In this document: in pieces, positions 29,094 to 38,153 of the stretch
Numbering within the stretch: position 1 is the stretch's first letter
How the letters are laid out: each line of letters opens with the position of its first letter
Assembly (NCBI GenBank): GCA_937868485.1
Contig: CALMML010000014.1
Coordinates: 1,975-65,974 of the forward strand
Length of the DNA stretch: 64,000 bases
Origin: an uncultured Myxococcales bacterium
Lineage (GTDB): Bacteria; Myxococcota_A; Polyangia; Palsa-1104; JAEUJZ01
Direction: 5' to 3'
Program-made: the position numbers and the translations under genes
The notes under the pieces: model-generated
Told to the model about the DNA's origin: nothing
Seen by the model: only the letters and a program-made list of their open reading frames with translations
The model's database searches: none

Positions 29094-30461
29094 ATGACCC
29101 CTTCGCTGCTTCATCCCGCGCTGCTCGACAGGTACGGCAAGCTGCCGCTGCCGCGCTACACCAGCTATCCGCCCGCCAACCTGTGGGGCGATCGTGATGA
29201 GTCGCTTGCCAAGACCGTGCTGTCGTCGCTGGGATCGCGTCCGCTGTCGCTGTACGTTCACGTCCCGTTCTGTCGCAAGCTGTGCCTGTACTGCGGCTGC
29301 AACATGATGGTCACGCGCAGCCAAGATCTCGTCGAGCGTTACTTGCAAGCGCTTGATCGAGAGGTCGCTCTTGTCGCGTCGCTTTTGCCGTCGCGCTTTC
29401 CGGTCGTGCAGGTTCATTTGGGAGGCGGGACTCCGACGTACCTGAATGAAGCGCAGCTTGCCCGGCTGTGGCAGATGTTGTCGTCGCGCTTTGACATTCC
29501 AGCGGGCATCGAAGCGTCGATTGAAGTGCATCCTCCCGTGACGAGCGCCGCGCAGCTTCAGACGCTGGCGCAGCTTGGTTTTTCGCGGGTCTCGATGGGC
29601 GTGCAGGACTTCGATCCCGTCGTCCAAAAGCGCATCAACCGCATCCAACCGTTTGAGCAGACCCGCGACCTGATTGAATCGGCCAGGCGGCTTGGCTTTG
29701 TCAGCGTCAACGTCGACTTGATGTATGGACTGCCGCTTCAGACGACAGAGCGCTTTGCCAAGACCTTGGACCACGTCGCTGCGCTTCGTCCCGACCGCAT
29801 TGCGCTGTTTGGCTACGCACACATGCCGACGCTGCGCCTGCATCAATCGGTCTTTCGCAAAGACGAGCTTCCCGACGCCAAGACCCGCGCCGCGCTGTTT
29901 GAGCTGTCGCTGCAGCGTCTGCTGGAGCTGGGCTATGTCTACGTCGGGCTCGATCACTTTGTGCTGCCGCAAGACGAGCTGTTGTCCGCCCGCGAACAAG
30001 GACAGCTGCGACGCAACTTCATGGGCTACACCACCTGCAAGTCGAGCGATGTGCTGGCCTTTGGTCCGTCGTCGATTTCCGAGCTGGGCGCGCACTACCT
30101 GCAAAACGAGCGCGAGGTCACGTCCTACTGCGACCGCGTCTTGTCCGGTGCGCTGCCCGTCGTGCGTGGCTATTCGCTCGGTCCCGATGACGTGATTCGT
30201 CGCGATCTCATCATGGAGCTTTTGTGCAACCTGGTCGTCGACAAGCGTGTGCTGTCGGATCGCTACGGCATCGACTTTGACCGCTACTTTGCGTCTGAGC
30301 TGACCGCGCTTGCGCCGCTTATCGCCGACGGACTGTGCGGCTGGAACGGCGACCGGCTACACATTTTGCTGCCGGGTCAGCTCCTTCTGCGCACCGTGGC
30401 GTCGATCTTTGACGCAACGCTACACAAGCCCGCGCCGCGCCATCACGCCGCAGCGGTCTAA
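29094..30461 (+). CDS. hemN: oxygen-independent coproporphyrinogen III oxidase / HemN-family radical SAM protein
   Basis: VHVPFCRKLCLYCGCN radical-SAM cluster motif and HemN-like length and blocks. Confidence 0.8.
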   Translation: MTPSLLHPALLDRYGKLPLPRYTSYPPANLWGDRDESLAKTVLSSLGSRPLSLYVHVPFCRKLCLYCGCNMMVTRSQDLVERYLQALDREVALVASLLPSRFPVVQVHLGGGTPTYLNEAQLARLWQMLSSRFDIPAGIEASIEVHPPVTSAAQLQTLAQLGFSRVSMGVQDFDPVVQKRINRIQPFEQTRDLIESARRLGFVSVNVDLMYGLPLQTTERFAKTLDHVAALRPDRIALFGYAHMPTLRLHQSVFRKDELPDAKTRAALFELSLQRLLELGYVYVGLDHFVLPQDELLSAREQGQLRRNFMGYTTCKSSDVLAFGPSSISELGAHYLQNEREVTSYCDRVLSGALPVVRGYSLGPDDVIRRDLIMELLCNLVVDKRVLSDRYGIDFDRYFASELTALAPLIADGLCGWNGDRLHILLPGQLLLRTVASIFDATLHKPAPRHHAAAV

Positions 30462-30529
30462 CGTCCCTGATTTTCTGGATTTCACACCGCCGGGCTGGTT
30501 GTTTCGCCCACACAAGGAGCTGTCGTTCG

Positions 30530-30949
30530 ATGCTTTGGATCAAAGCCCTTCACGTCATCATGGTCATCAGCTGGATGGCTGGACTGCTGTACCTGTATCG
30601 GCTGTTCGTCTATCACGCGATGGAAACCGAGCAGGTCGTTCGCGAGCGCCTGCAAGTGATGGAGCGTCGCTTGATTCGCGGCATTGCGACGCCAGCGGGT
30701 GTGCTCACGCTCGTCACCGGCATCACCATGCTGGTCCTAAACCCGGGCTTTCTGAAGCTGCCGTGGATGCACGCGAAGCTGACGTTTGTCCTTGGGCTGC
30801 TTGTCAGTCACGTTCAAGGGATGTATTACCGCCAGCGCCTTATCACCGAGCCGAACGCCTATTCGCACAAGAAGTTCCGCGTCCTCAACGAGGTGCCGAC
30901 GCTGCTGATGATCGGTATCGTCATCATGGTGATTGTTCGTCCGTTCTAA
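30530..30949 (+). CDS. hemJ: protoporphyrinogen oxidase HemJ (UPF0093/CopD-like) membrane protein
   Basis: MLWIKALHVIMVISWMAGLLYLYRLFVYH N-terminal signature. Confidence 0.7.
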   Translation: MLWIKALHVIMVISWMAGLLYLYRLFVYHAMETEQVVRERLQVMERRLIRGIATPAGVLTLVTGITMLVLNPGFLKLPWMHAKLTFVLGLLVSHVQGMYYRQRLITEPNAYSHKKFRVLNEVPTLLMIGIVIMVIVRPF

Positions 30950-31022
30950 CGTCTGCGCGTAGGCATCCGTACGTCGGTCGCCGACACCTCGCGCGGCCTT
31001 CTTTCAAAGTACAAGTCGCAAC

Positions 31023-33404
31023 ATGGCCAAACGAAGCTCAGATCGACAGTCGACACGCGGTGGGCTGATCCTGCCGGGGCAGTCGCGCAAAGCCGTGCGC
31101 ATTTACCGCATCGTGCGCACCGTCGTGCTGCTGTTCTTGCTCCTGTGCTGTCTCGCGGTGAGCGGCGTCGCGGCGGTGTTTCTGTATTACACGTCGGATC
31201 CCTCGCTGCCGACGATCGATCGCATTGCCGACTATCGACCCAAGGTCACTACGCGCGTGCTCGCCCAGGACGGTCAGCTCATCGGCGAGCTGTTTGAAGA
31301 GCGTCGCACCGTCGTCCCCTATGAGCGCATTCCTCGGGTCGTGGTCGATGCCTTCGTCGATGCCGAAGACGCGCAGTTTTTCGAGCACCACGGGCTCAAC
31401 TACATCGGCATGGTTCGCGCCGTCCTCCAGAGCCTGGTCCAGGTCCGTCACCTGCGTGGCGCTTCGACGCTGACCCAGCAGCTCGTCAAGACCTATGTCT
31501 TAAAGAGCAGCGAGCGCAGCCTCAAGCGCAAGGTCCAAGAGATGTACTTGGCGCTGCGGCTGGAAAAGAAGCTCAAGAAAGACGAGATCCTGTGGCTGTA
31601 CCTGTCGCAGATCTACTTTGGTCACGGACGCTACGGCATTGAAGAGGCCGCGCGCTTCTACTTTGGCAAGTCCATCAGCGACGTTCATCCGGGGGAAGCT
31701 GCGCTGCTGGCGTCTTTGCCCAAAGGCCCAGAAGAGATCTCGCCGCGTCGCAATCCAGAGCGCGCCAAGCTCCGTCAGCGCTACGTGCTGTCGCAGATGG
31801 CTCGCTATCACCACCTGTCCGACGCTGACGCTGTCAAGTACGCCGAAGCGCCGATTCAGCTCGTCAAAGAGCCGTCGCCGCTCGGCACGCTCGCGCCCGA
31901 GTTCACCGAAGAAGTCGAAAAGCTGCTGCAAGAGCGCTTTACGCCCGAGAGCCTGCCGTATCTGGGCCTGAACGTGCGAACGACCTGCAACCTCGATGTG
32001 CAGCGGGCTGCTCGCACCGCGCTCGAACAAGGTCTGATGAAGATCGACGAGCGCAACGGCTATCGCAAGGGTCGCAAGCTCGATGCCGCCGCTCGCGCCG
32101 CGCACCTTCAGCAGCTCAAGAAGGACTTTCCGTCCGGTCCCCCGATGGGTCGCGGTGTCGATGGCGTCATCACCAAGGTGCTCGACGGTGAAAAGGGCGG
32201 AGGCTGGGCGATGGTCGACCTCGGCGCGGTGGTGGCGTCGCTGCCGCTGCCGCAGACCGGCGACCGCTACAACCCGCAGGGACTGCCCGCGCAAAAGCGC
32301 TTCAGCGAAGGTGAGCTGGTCCGTGTTCACATCGGACGCAACGCCAAAGAAGGTCCGATCCTGGTGCTGGACGCGGGACCGCAAGGGGCGGTGGTGGTGA
32401 TGGACCCCGAGACGCGCCACGTCTTGGCCATGGTCGGCGGCTACGGCTACCTGCGCGGCAGCTACAACCGCGTGCTGCGTGCCAAGCGTCAGCCCGGCTC
32501 GGCGTTTAAGCCGTTTGTGTTTGCCACCGCGATTGAGTCGCGCAAGTGGACCGCAGCGAGCGTGCTCAATGACTCGCCGCAGGTCTACGATCTGCCGGAT
32601 CTGAAGGCCTGGGCCCCGAAGAACGCGGGCGACCACAACAAGAACTTCATGGGTCCGGTGCGGCTGCGGGTTGCGCTGGCGCAGTCGCTCAACACCGTTG
32701 CGTCGCAGCTTATCTACGAGCTAAAGCCCGCGCCGGTTGCCGCGATGGCCAAGTCGCTCGGCATTGAGTCGTCGCTCGATCAGACCTATGCGCTGGGGCT
32801 TGGTGCGTCGGTGGTGACGCCGCTGGAGCTGACCAACGCCTACGCGACGCTGGCGGCCAAAGGTCGCTTGGGCGATCCGCTGTGGATCCTGCAAGTCGGC
32901 ACCGAGCCCCCGACGCAGAGCACGCTGCATCAAGCGGTGTCGCCCGAGCTGGCCTTTGTGATGAGCCACGTCATGCAGAGCGTCATCGAAGAAGGCACCG
33001 CGTCGTCCATCAAGAACAAGCTCAAGCGACCGGCAGCGGGCAAGACCGGCACCACCAACGCCAACCGCGACGCGTGGTTTGTCGGCTATACGCCCGATGT
33101 CGTGGCAGGTGTGTGGGTTGGCTTTGATGACTCGCGACCGCTTGGGGAAAAAGAGCAGGGCGCGCGCTCGGCACTGCCGGTCTGGCTGGATGTGATGCAG
33201 GTTGCGGTGCGCGACCGTCGGGTCCAGGGCTTTGTGCAGCCGGCTGGCGTCGTCGTTCAGAGCATTGATCCCGTCACCGGCATGCTCCCCGCGCCAGCGG
33301 CTCCAAGCATTGAAGAGGTGTTCTTGGCGGGCACCGAGCCAACCGAGCAAGCCCCCGCCCCCGGTGAGACCAGCGCCGCCACCTGGAACATGAACCAGGA
33401 CTGA
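31023..33404 (+). CDS. mrcA: class A penicillin-binding protein (glycosyltransferase plus transpeptidase, PBP1A-type)
   Basis: GT51 motif VDAFVDAEDAQFFEHHG, transpeptidase SxxK/KTG motifs (…KRPAAGKTGTTN…), N-terminal TM anchor. Confidence 0.9.
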   Translation: MAKRSSDRQSTRGGLILPGQSRKAVRIYRIVRTVVLLFLLLCCLAVSGVAAVFLYYTSDPSLPTIDRIADYRPKVTTRVLAQDGQLIGELFEERRTVVPYERIPRVVVDAFVDAEDAQFFEHHGLNYIGMVRAVLQSLVQVRHLRGASTLTQQLVKTYVLKSSERSLKRKVQEMYLALRLEKKLKKDEILWLYLSQIYFGHGRYGIEEAARFYFGKSISDVHPGEAALLASLPKGPEEISPRRNPERAKLRQRYVLSQMARYHHLSDADAVKYAEAPIQLVKEPSPLGTLAPEFTEEVEKLLQERFTPESLPYLGLNVRTTCNLDVQRAARTALEQGLMKIDERNGYRKGRKLDAAARAAHLQQLKKDFPSGPPMGRGVDGVITKVLDGEKGGGWAMVDLGAVVASLPLPQTGDRYNPQGLPAQKRFSEGELVRVHIGRNAKEGPILVLDAGPQGAVVVMDPETRHVLAMVGGYGYLRGSYNRVLRAKRQPGSAFKPFVFATAIESRKWTAASVLNDSPQVYDLPDLKAWAPKNAGDHNKNFMGPVRLRVALAQSLNTVASQLIYELKPAPVAAMAKSLGIESSLDQTYALGLGASVVTPLELTNAYATLAAKGRLGDPLWILQVGTEPPTQSTLHQAVSPELAFVMSHVMQSVIEEGTASSIKNKLKRPAAGKTGTTNANRDAWFVGYTPDVVAGVWVGFDDSRPLGEKEQGARSALPVWLDVMQVAVRDRRVQGFVQPAGVVVQSIDPVTGMLPAPAAPSIEEVFLAGTEPTEQAPAPGETSAATWNMNQD

Positions 33405-34247
33405 TTAGTTCAGGCCACCGACCGCGAGCGGATGATCCGTGGTGTCAAACAGCGTCGGGTCGGTCGGGCTCAAGCGCGATGCCACGATGGTGCCCGAGCT
33501 GTTTGCATACAGGACGAAGGTGCCGTGTCCAAGCCCTTCGCCGGTGTCGCCGCCGCGCCAGTCTGCATAGGTCGTCGAGGTTCCGTGCGGAGTCTCGGTC
33601 GAGTCCACCACTTCCACCGCATAGGCCGTGCTGCCTGACGGACCGGCTGGCAGGCCGCTGTCCACAACCGGCACGCTGCGAACGATCATGACGTGTCCGC
33701 TGTTGGTCGTGCTCTCCGGGTAGGTCACTGCCAGCACGTCCCCGGCTTCGATGGCTCCGATGGTGGTGCGCTTGGTGAACTGGATGACGCCGGTGCCTGC
33801 GCAGTTTTCGATCTTGTAGCGGTACTGGGCGGCGTTGGGGCTGTTTGTGCCCTTGTTGACACCGCTCACCTTGCCGTACGTGCAGCTGTCCATCGCCTTG
33901 TTAAACGAGTTAAAGAAGTTGCTCTCGGTGAATCCGAGGCTCTGCTGAAACAGCTGCGTGACCAGCGTGCCGCACACGCTGCGATTCTTGGCCTTCTGGG
34001 TTCCGACGACGCGCAGAAGCGCTGGCGAGTCCGTGGTGTAGACGTTTTCTTCGAGCTTGGTGGCATCGGCTTTGACTTCGCTGATCCAGCCGTTCACCCA
34101 GGTAAGTGCGGTCTGGGCGTTGACGCTGATGGCTTGGCTGTGCTGGCCGATGGCGTCGTCCTGGGCGGGCAGCTCTCCGCAGCCTCCGACAAGACCGATA
34201 AGACCGACCAGACCAACCAGACCACCGCGTAGCGTAAGACGAGACAT
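33405..34247 (-). CDS. lipoprotein with a CHAP/NlpC-P60-like Cys-His motif (putative cell-wall amidase/peptidase)
   Basis: Lipobox LIGLVGGCGE; candidate catalytic Cys (YKIENCAGTGVIQF) and His (AGDVLAVTYPESTTNSGHVMIV). Confidence 0.35.
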   Translation of the reverse strand: MSRLTLRGGLVGLVGLIGLVGGCGELPAQDDAIGQHSQAISVNAQTALTWVNGWISEVKADATKLEENVYTTDSPALLRVVGTQKAKNRSVCGTLVTQLFQQSLGFTESNFFNSFNKAMDSCTYGKVSGVNKGTNSPNAAQYRYKIENCAGTGVIQFTKRTTIGAIEAGDVLAVTYPESTTNSGHVMIVRSVPVVDSGLPAGPSGSTAYAVEVVDSTETPHGTSTTYADWRGGDTGEGLGHGTFVLYANSSGTIVASRLSPTDPTLFDTTDHPLAVGGLN

Positions 34248-34369
34248 GTTCAGGCTCCTTGTTGACGTTGTTTGCTGAAAGCGTTGCGACCGGAGCCATG
34301 GCAACCGGTGTGCCAAGTGTTCCTCCGCGCGCTGTCAGACGGAATGTGCCCACAGTGCCCGCCGGTCCT

Positions 34370-34400
34370 GCGCAACGTTTGCGCGAATCATCCGCGCAAT
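34370..34400. promoter_or_regulatory. GCGCAA-N3-TTGCGC inverted repeat plus a third GCGCAA half-site in a 350-bp divergent intergenic region
   Basis: ctGCGCAAcgtTTGCGCgaatcatccGCGCAAtttttgc, between the divergent lipoprotein (start 34247, minus) and the OMP gene (start ~34597/34633, plus). Confidence 0.4.
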
Positions 34401-34596
34401 TTTTGCCCACAGCAGCTTTTGCCTTCGTGTCCGCGCCCGCCGCAACTGCACAGAACTTATTAGGCAAAGCAAAGGAGTAATATTTCGTTGCGTGCCACAG
34501 CGAAGGGCCGTACAACTATCGGGTCAGCTATTTTACGGGTTCAGCGACGACAAGTGACGTTGCCGATGTGGGGCACGGGACGCGCTTGGTAGGGTC

Positions 34597-35865
34597 GTGC
34601 GGATGAGCCCGTGTACCGTAGGGGAACATCGGATGAGGACTGGTCTTGGTCATTGTTCGCTTCGGCGTGTGCTGAGTGTGTCGCTGCTGGTCTGCTGCTG
34701 GGATGTTGGGTCGGTGCTGGCGCAGGGAGAGCCGTCGGCGCAGGGAGAGCCGTTTGCGATCCCTGTTCCGAGAGCGAGTGAGATTCCGCCACCCCCGCCG
34801 TATATCCTGCCTCAGCCAGCGGCTCCGATGGCGGCAGTGCCGGTCGCTTCGGTGAGCCCGGCTCCGGCCCCGGCTGCTGACGTGGTGGTGCCACCGCCGC
34901 CCGCCGCGCCGTATTCGCTGCCATTTGGTCTGCGTCCGATCATCCCCGTGACGGTGCTGCGGCTGGATACGGTGTTTTCGTTTTATCAGCAGAACATCGC
35001 GCCAAGTGGTCAGCCCGAGCGCATGGAGCCCGGCTTCACAGGGACGTTTCTGCCGACGATTGGCTATCGGTTTCATCCCTCGTGGATGGGCATCGTGCGC
35101 TTTGGCGTCGTTGGCAATCGTCCGCCGCGTATTACGGGTGATGAAGTCGGCGCGGACAACTGCGAAGATCAGACCTCGGTCGATCCGACCACGATGCAGA
35201 GCAAGACGACGCTGACCAAGTGTGGCGTGGCTTCGACGAACGTGCTCGTGGGTGGGCTGTATTCGGCCAAGCTCGGAAGCAGCGTTCGACTGGGTCTGTT
35301 TGCATCGATGACGATTCCGATTGCCTCGGGAACCAGTGCGACAAGTGAGCCAGGGGCCAGCGCAGCACTTGCACCAGCGGGACAGCTTTCTCGATCGGCG
35401 CTCGACAACGTGATCTTTGCGGCCAACGACTGGGCGCTGGTCGAAGGACTGGACATCGCGTACATCGCGCATCGGCTGACCGTGCAGGCCGAAGTCACGC
35501 TGTTTGAGCTGTTCCGCGCGCGAAACGAGCTGCTCAATCCCGATGTCTTCAAGCTGAACTTCACAGCGGGTCTGCACGTCGGTTACTTCGTCGCGCGGTT
35601 TCTATCGCTCGGGGCCGAGCTGCGCTATCAGCGCTGGCTGAGCGATCCCAAGTCGGTCGTGGCCGATGAAGCGAACGCGGACAAGGGACTGCCGGTGCAG
35701 GGTCTGCGTCACAACCTATCGCTGGCGGTGGGTCCACGCGTTCACATCAAGCTTCCGGGCGGTCACTGGCTGCGACCTGCGCTCACCTATGTGCCGGGGC
35801 TCGCGGGGGTGCTGGCGACGCGTCACTACCACACGGTGCAGCTGGACATTCCGATCGTGTTTTAG
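34597..35865 (+). CDS. putative outer-membrane beta-barrel protein with a Pro-rich N-terminal region
   Basis: Signal peptide (…LLVCCWDVGSVLAQG), PPPPYILPQPAAP region, beta-strand periodicity, C-terminal …LDIPIVF. Confidence 0.45.
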   Translation: MRMSPCTVGEHRMRTGLGHCSLRRVLSVSLLVCCWDVGSVLAQGEPSAQGEPFAIPVPRASEIPPPPPYILPQPAAPMAAVPVASVSPAPAPAADVVVPPPPAAPYSLPFGLRPIIPVTVLRLDTVFSFYQQNIAPSGQPERMEPGFTGTFLPTIGYRFHPSWMGIVRFGVVGNRPPRITGDEVGADNCEDQTSVDPTTMQSKTTLTKCGVASTNVLVGGLYSAKLGSSVRLGLFASMTIPIASGTSATSEPGASAALAPAGQLSRSALDNVIFAANDWALVEGLDIAYIAHRLTVQAEVTLFELFRARNELLNPDVFKLNFTAGLHVGYFVARFLSLGAELRYQRWLSDPKSVVADEANADKGLPVQGLRHNLSLAVGPRVHIKLPGGHWLRPALTYVPGLAGVLATRHYHTVQLDIPIVF

Positions 35866-35929
35866 TGGAAGCGGCCCGCTGGGAAAACGGGCCGTGTGGG
35901 GTGCGTGGCCCGGTGACTGCGGGCTGCGG

Positions 35930-37441
35930 TTAGCGGCTGGACTTGGACTTGGCCGGGGCGGGCGGCGCGACCGGGGTCGGCGCGACGGCGGGGGCCGCAG
36001 GACTTGGCGTGGCGACCACTTGCACGGCGGCAAGCTGACCTTGGCGTGCGTAGTCGGTGGCTTCTCCCAAGATGCGCGCGGCTTCCTGCGGCGCGTGAAA
36101 GCCCATGCTGTTTTCCGCCGCGATGAAGTCGAGCCGCCACTGCGCCTTGCGCTGAAGCTCCAGCGCGGGACGAAGCTGCTCGGGCGTTATTCCGCGTGAC
36201 TTCGCCGCCACAATCGCATCCAGCAGGGCTGTGATTGCGACGCCACCGCGCTGAAGCAGCTCGTAGTTGCGCTGCTGAATCATATCGACGCGACGACGTA
36301 GCTCGCTTTCATCGGTGCGATGGCAGGACTGACAGGCGCGATTCACGTTGAGCAGCGGACTGCGCACCCAGTGGTCGCTGATCTTCGACGCTCCTTCGCG
36401 CTGATACGGCATGTGACAGTCCGCGCACGACACCCCGGCTTGGGCGTGAACACCTTCGGTCCACAGCTCAAACTCGGGATGCTGAGCCTTCAAGATCGGC
36501 GCGCCAGTTTCCTTGTGCGAGTAGTCGGAAAACGGACTCCCATCGGGGAACTTGGTGTCGTTCCAAAAGGACTCGATCTGCTCGGCCTTGACGCCTTTGC
36601 CCCACGGGAATGTCAGCGGCATCTTCGTCGAGCAGTAGTATTCAACGTGACACTGTCCGCACACAAAGGAACGCATCTCATTGCGAGACGCGCGCTCATT
36701 TGGATCGTAGGGCTTGTCTTTGGACCCTTTGCGATATTCCGCGATGCTGGGAATGGCGGGAACCGGCGCATCCGACGCAGCGAGCGCGGCAATTCCTTTG
36801 ATAAATCCCGGTCGCGTCACCCGCAGCGCCATCGTCTTGGCATCGTGACAGTCCACACAGCTGACTGGATGCGCATGACCGCTTTCATGAAGCTGCTTGC
36901 TCAAATCCTGGTAGCTGAACGTGAAGGTCTGCTCAAAGCCCTTGATGGCATCGCCCCCGCCGAGCTTGCGATACAGCGGCATCACCGATGCGTGACAGTG
37001 CAGACACGATCCAGACTGCGGCTTGGTCAGGCGCTGCGTCGCTTCCTGGTCGTACAGCATGTAGGCGTGGCCGCGTCGATCTCGGTAGTCGATCGAAAAG
37101 GCGTAGCCCTGAAACATTCGCTTGAGCCACGGGTCGCGATCGATCTTTTCATCGGGCAGCGCTTCGCTTCCGGCGTGTCCTCCAAAGCGCGTCACGGTCT
37201 TTATCGCCGTTCGCTTGTAGCCATCGTACTGAGCGGGCCAGTTCTTTCCCCACTTCTCGGGGTCGGTGTCGTCTTCGCCTACGTCCACGGTGCGAACGTA
37301 CTGGTTCTTCTGCTCGCTCTTTTTTTCCGTGATGTTCGTGAGCAGCGCCGTGACGCTGGCGGATCCAATCGCAGACACCGCGATGGCTGCCAGTACGGCA
37401 CCGCGAGTCTTCCACCAGGTGACTTTTTCTTGATTCACCAT
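35930..37441 (-). CDS. nrfA: pentaheme cytochrome c nitrite reductase NrfA (ammonia-forming)
   Basis: Five CxxCH motifs (CLHCH, CVDCH, CGQCH, CADCH, CQSCH) and the diagnostic [14 protein letters not shown] block. The first heme is CxxCH, not CxxCK. Start taken at MVNQEK. Confidence 0.85.
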   Translation of the reverse strand: MVNQEKVTWWKTRGAVLAAIAVSAIGSASVTALLTNITEKKSEQKNQYVRTVDVGEDDTDPEKWGKNWPAQYDGYKRTAIKTVTRFGGHAGSEALPDEKIDRDPWLKRMFQGYAFSIDYRDRRGHAYMLYDQEATQRLTKPQSGSCLHCHASVMPLYRKLGGGDAIKGFEQTFTFSYQDLSKQLHESGHAHPVSCVDCHDAKTMALRVTRPGFIKGIAALAASDAPVPAIPSIAEYRKGSKDKPYDPNERASRNEMRSFVCGQCHVEYYCSTKMPLTFPWGKGVKAEQIESFWNDTKFPDGSPFSDYSHKETGAPILKAQHPEFELWTEGVHAQAGVSCADCHMPYQREGASKISDHWVRSPLLNVNRACQSCHRTDESELRRRVDMIQQRNYELLQRGGVAITALLDAIVAAKSRGITPEQLRPALELQRKAQWRLDFIAAENSMGFHAPQEAARILGEATDYARQGQLAAVQVVATPSPAAPAVAPTPVAPPAPAKSKSSR

Positions 37442-37448
37442 CTTGCGC

Positions 37449-38015
37449 TCATTTCTTTGCTGTCGATGAAGCGGGCTGACTGGATAGGACTCGCTCGATC
37501 TCGTCGCTGCGAAGCGGTCCACCCAGTGCCGCACGCTGTCCGTGTCCCACCGCTGCGTGACAGTGCAGACAGTCTGCTCCGCCATGCATCGCGCGGGACG
37601 GAGCCATCTCCTGCGTCAGCGCGGCGTGACACTTCTTGCAGTTGTCCAGAAGCACTTGTCGTGCGCTCGGCGTGAGCTGGATCGGCTCGACGAAGCGGTC
37701 GAGCGTAAACATCTTGCCGTGACGCCAGCCGTTTTCCGCCTTGGTCAGGTACTTGGGAATGAACGACTCGGGCAGGTGACAGTCAATGCAGCGCGCCACC
37801 GTGTGATGACTCGCGGTCTGCCAGCCATCGTACTGCCGCTGCATGATGTGACAGTTGGCACAGGCTGCGGGGTCGGTCTTAAAGTACGAAAAGCCCTTCG
37901 CGTACCGAAACGTATACAGCCCCAGCCCGAGCGCCACTCCGAGCGAAGCGGCAAGCACCAGGACCAAAGACAGACTCGCTGTCTCTGTCATGCGCTGCGT
38001 CCAGTTCCTTGCCAT
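37449..38015 (-). CDS. nrfH: NapC/NirT-family tetraheme cytochrome c quinol dehydrogenase NrfH
   Basis: N-terminal TM plus four CxxCH motifs (CANCH, CIDCH, CKKCH, CLHCH). It lies immediately upstream of nrfA. Confidence 0.8.
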   Translation of the reverse strand: MARNWTQRMTETASLSLVLVLAASLGVALGLGLYTFRYAKGFSYFKTDPAACANCHIMQRQYDGWQTASHHTVARCIDCHLPESFIPKYLTKAENGWRHGKMFTLDRFVEPIQLTPSARQVLLDNCKKCHAALTQEMAPSRAMHGGADCLHCHAAVGHGQRAALGGPLRSDEIERVLSSQPASSTAKK

Positions 38016-38060
38016 TAAATAGTAGTATCAAATGACTAATATTGGGCCAAGGCTCTCGGT
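38016..38060. promoter_or_regulatory. AT-rich segment immediately upstream of nrfH
   Basis: taaatagtagtatcaaatgactaatattgg is sharply AT-rich in a ~68% GC context and contains a TTGAT half-site on the minus strand. Confidence 0.3.
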
Positions 38061-38153
38061 GCATTGCCTGCCAATCCAGCAGGTTGCACGGCGGCTGAGC
38101 GGACGCAGGCTGCGGAAGGAACGGGCGAAGCGCAAAAAAGAAGCGGAGCGCGT

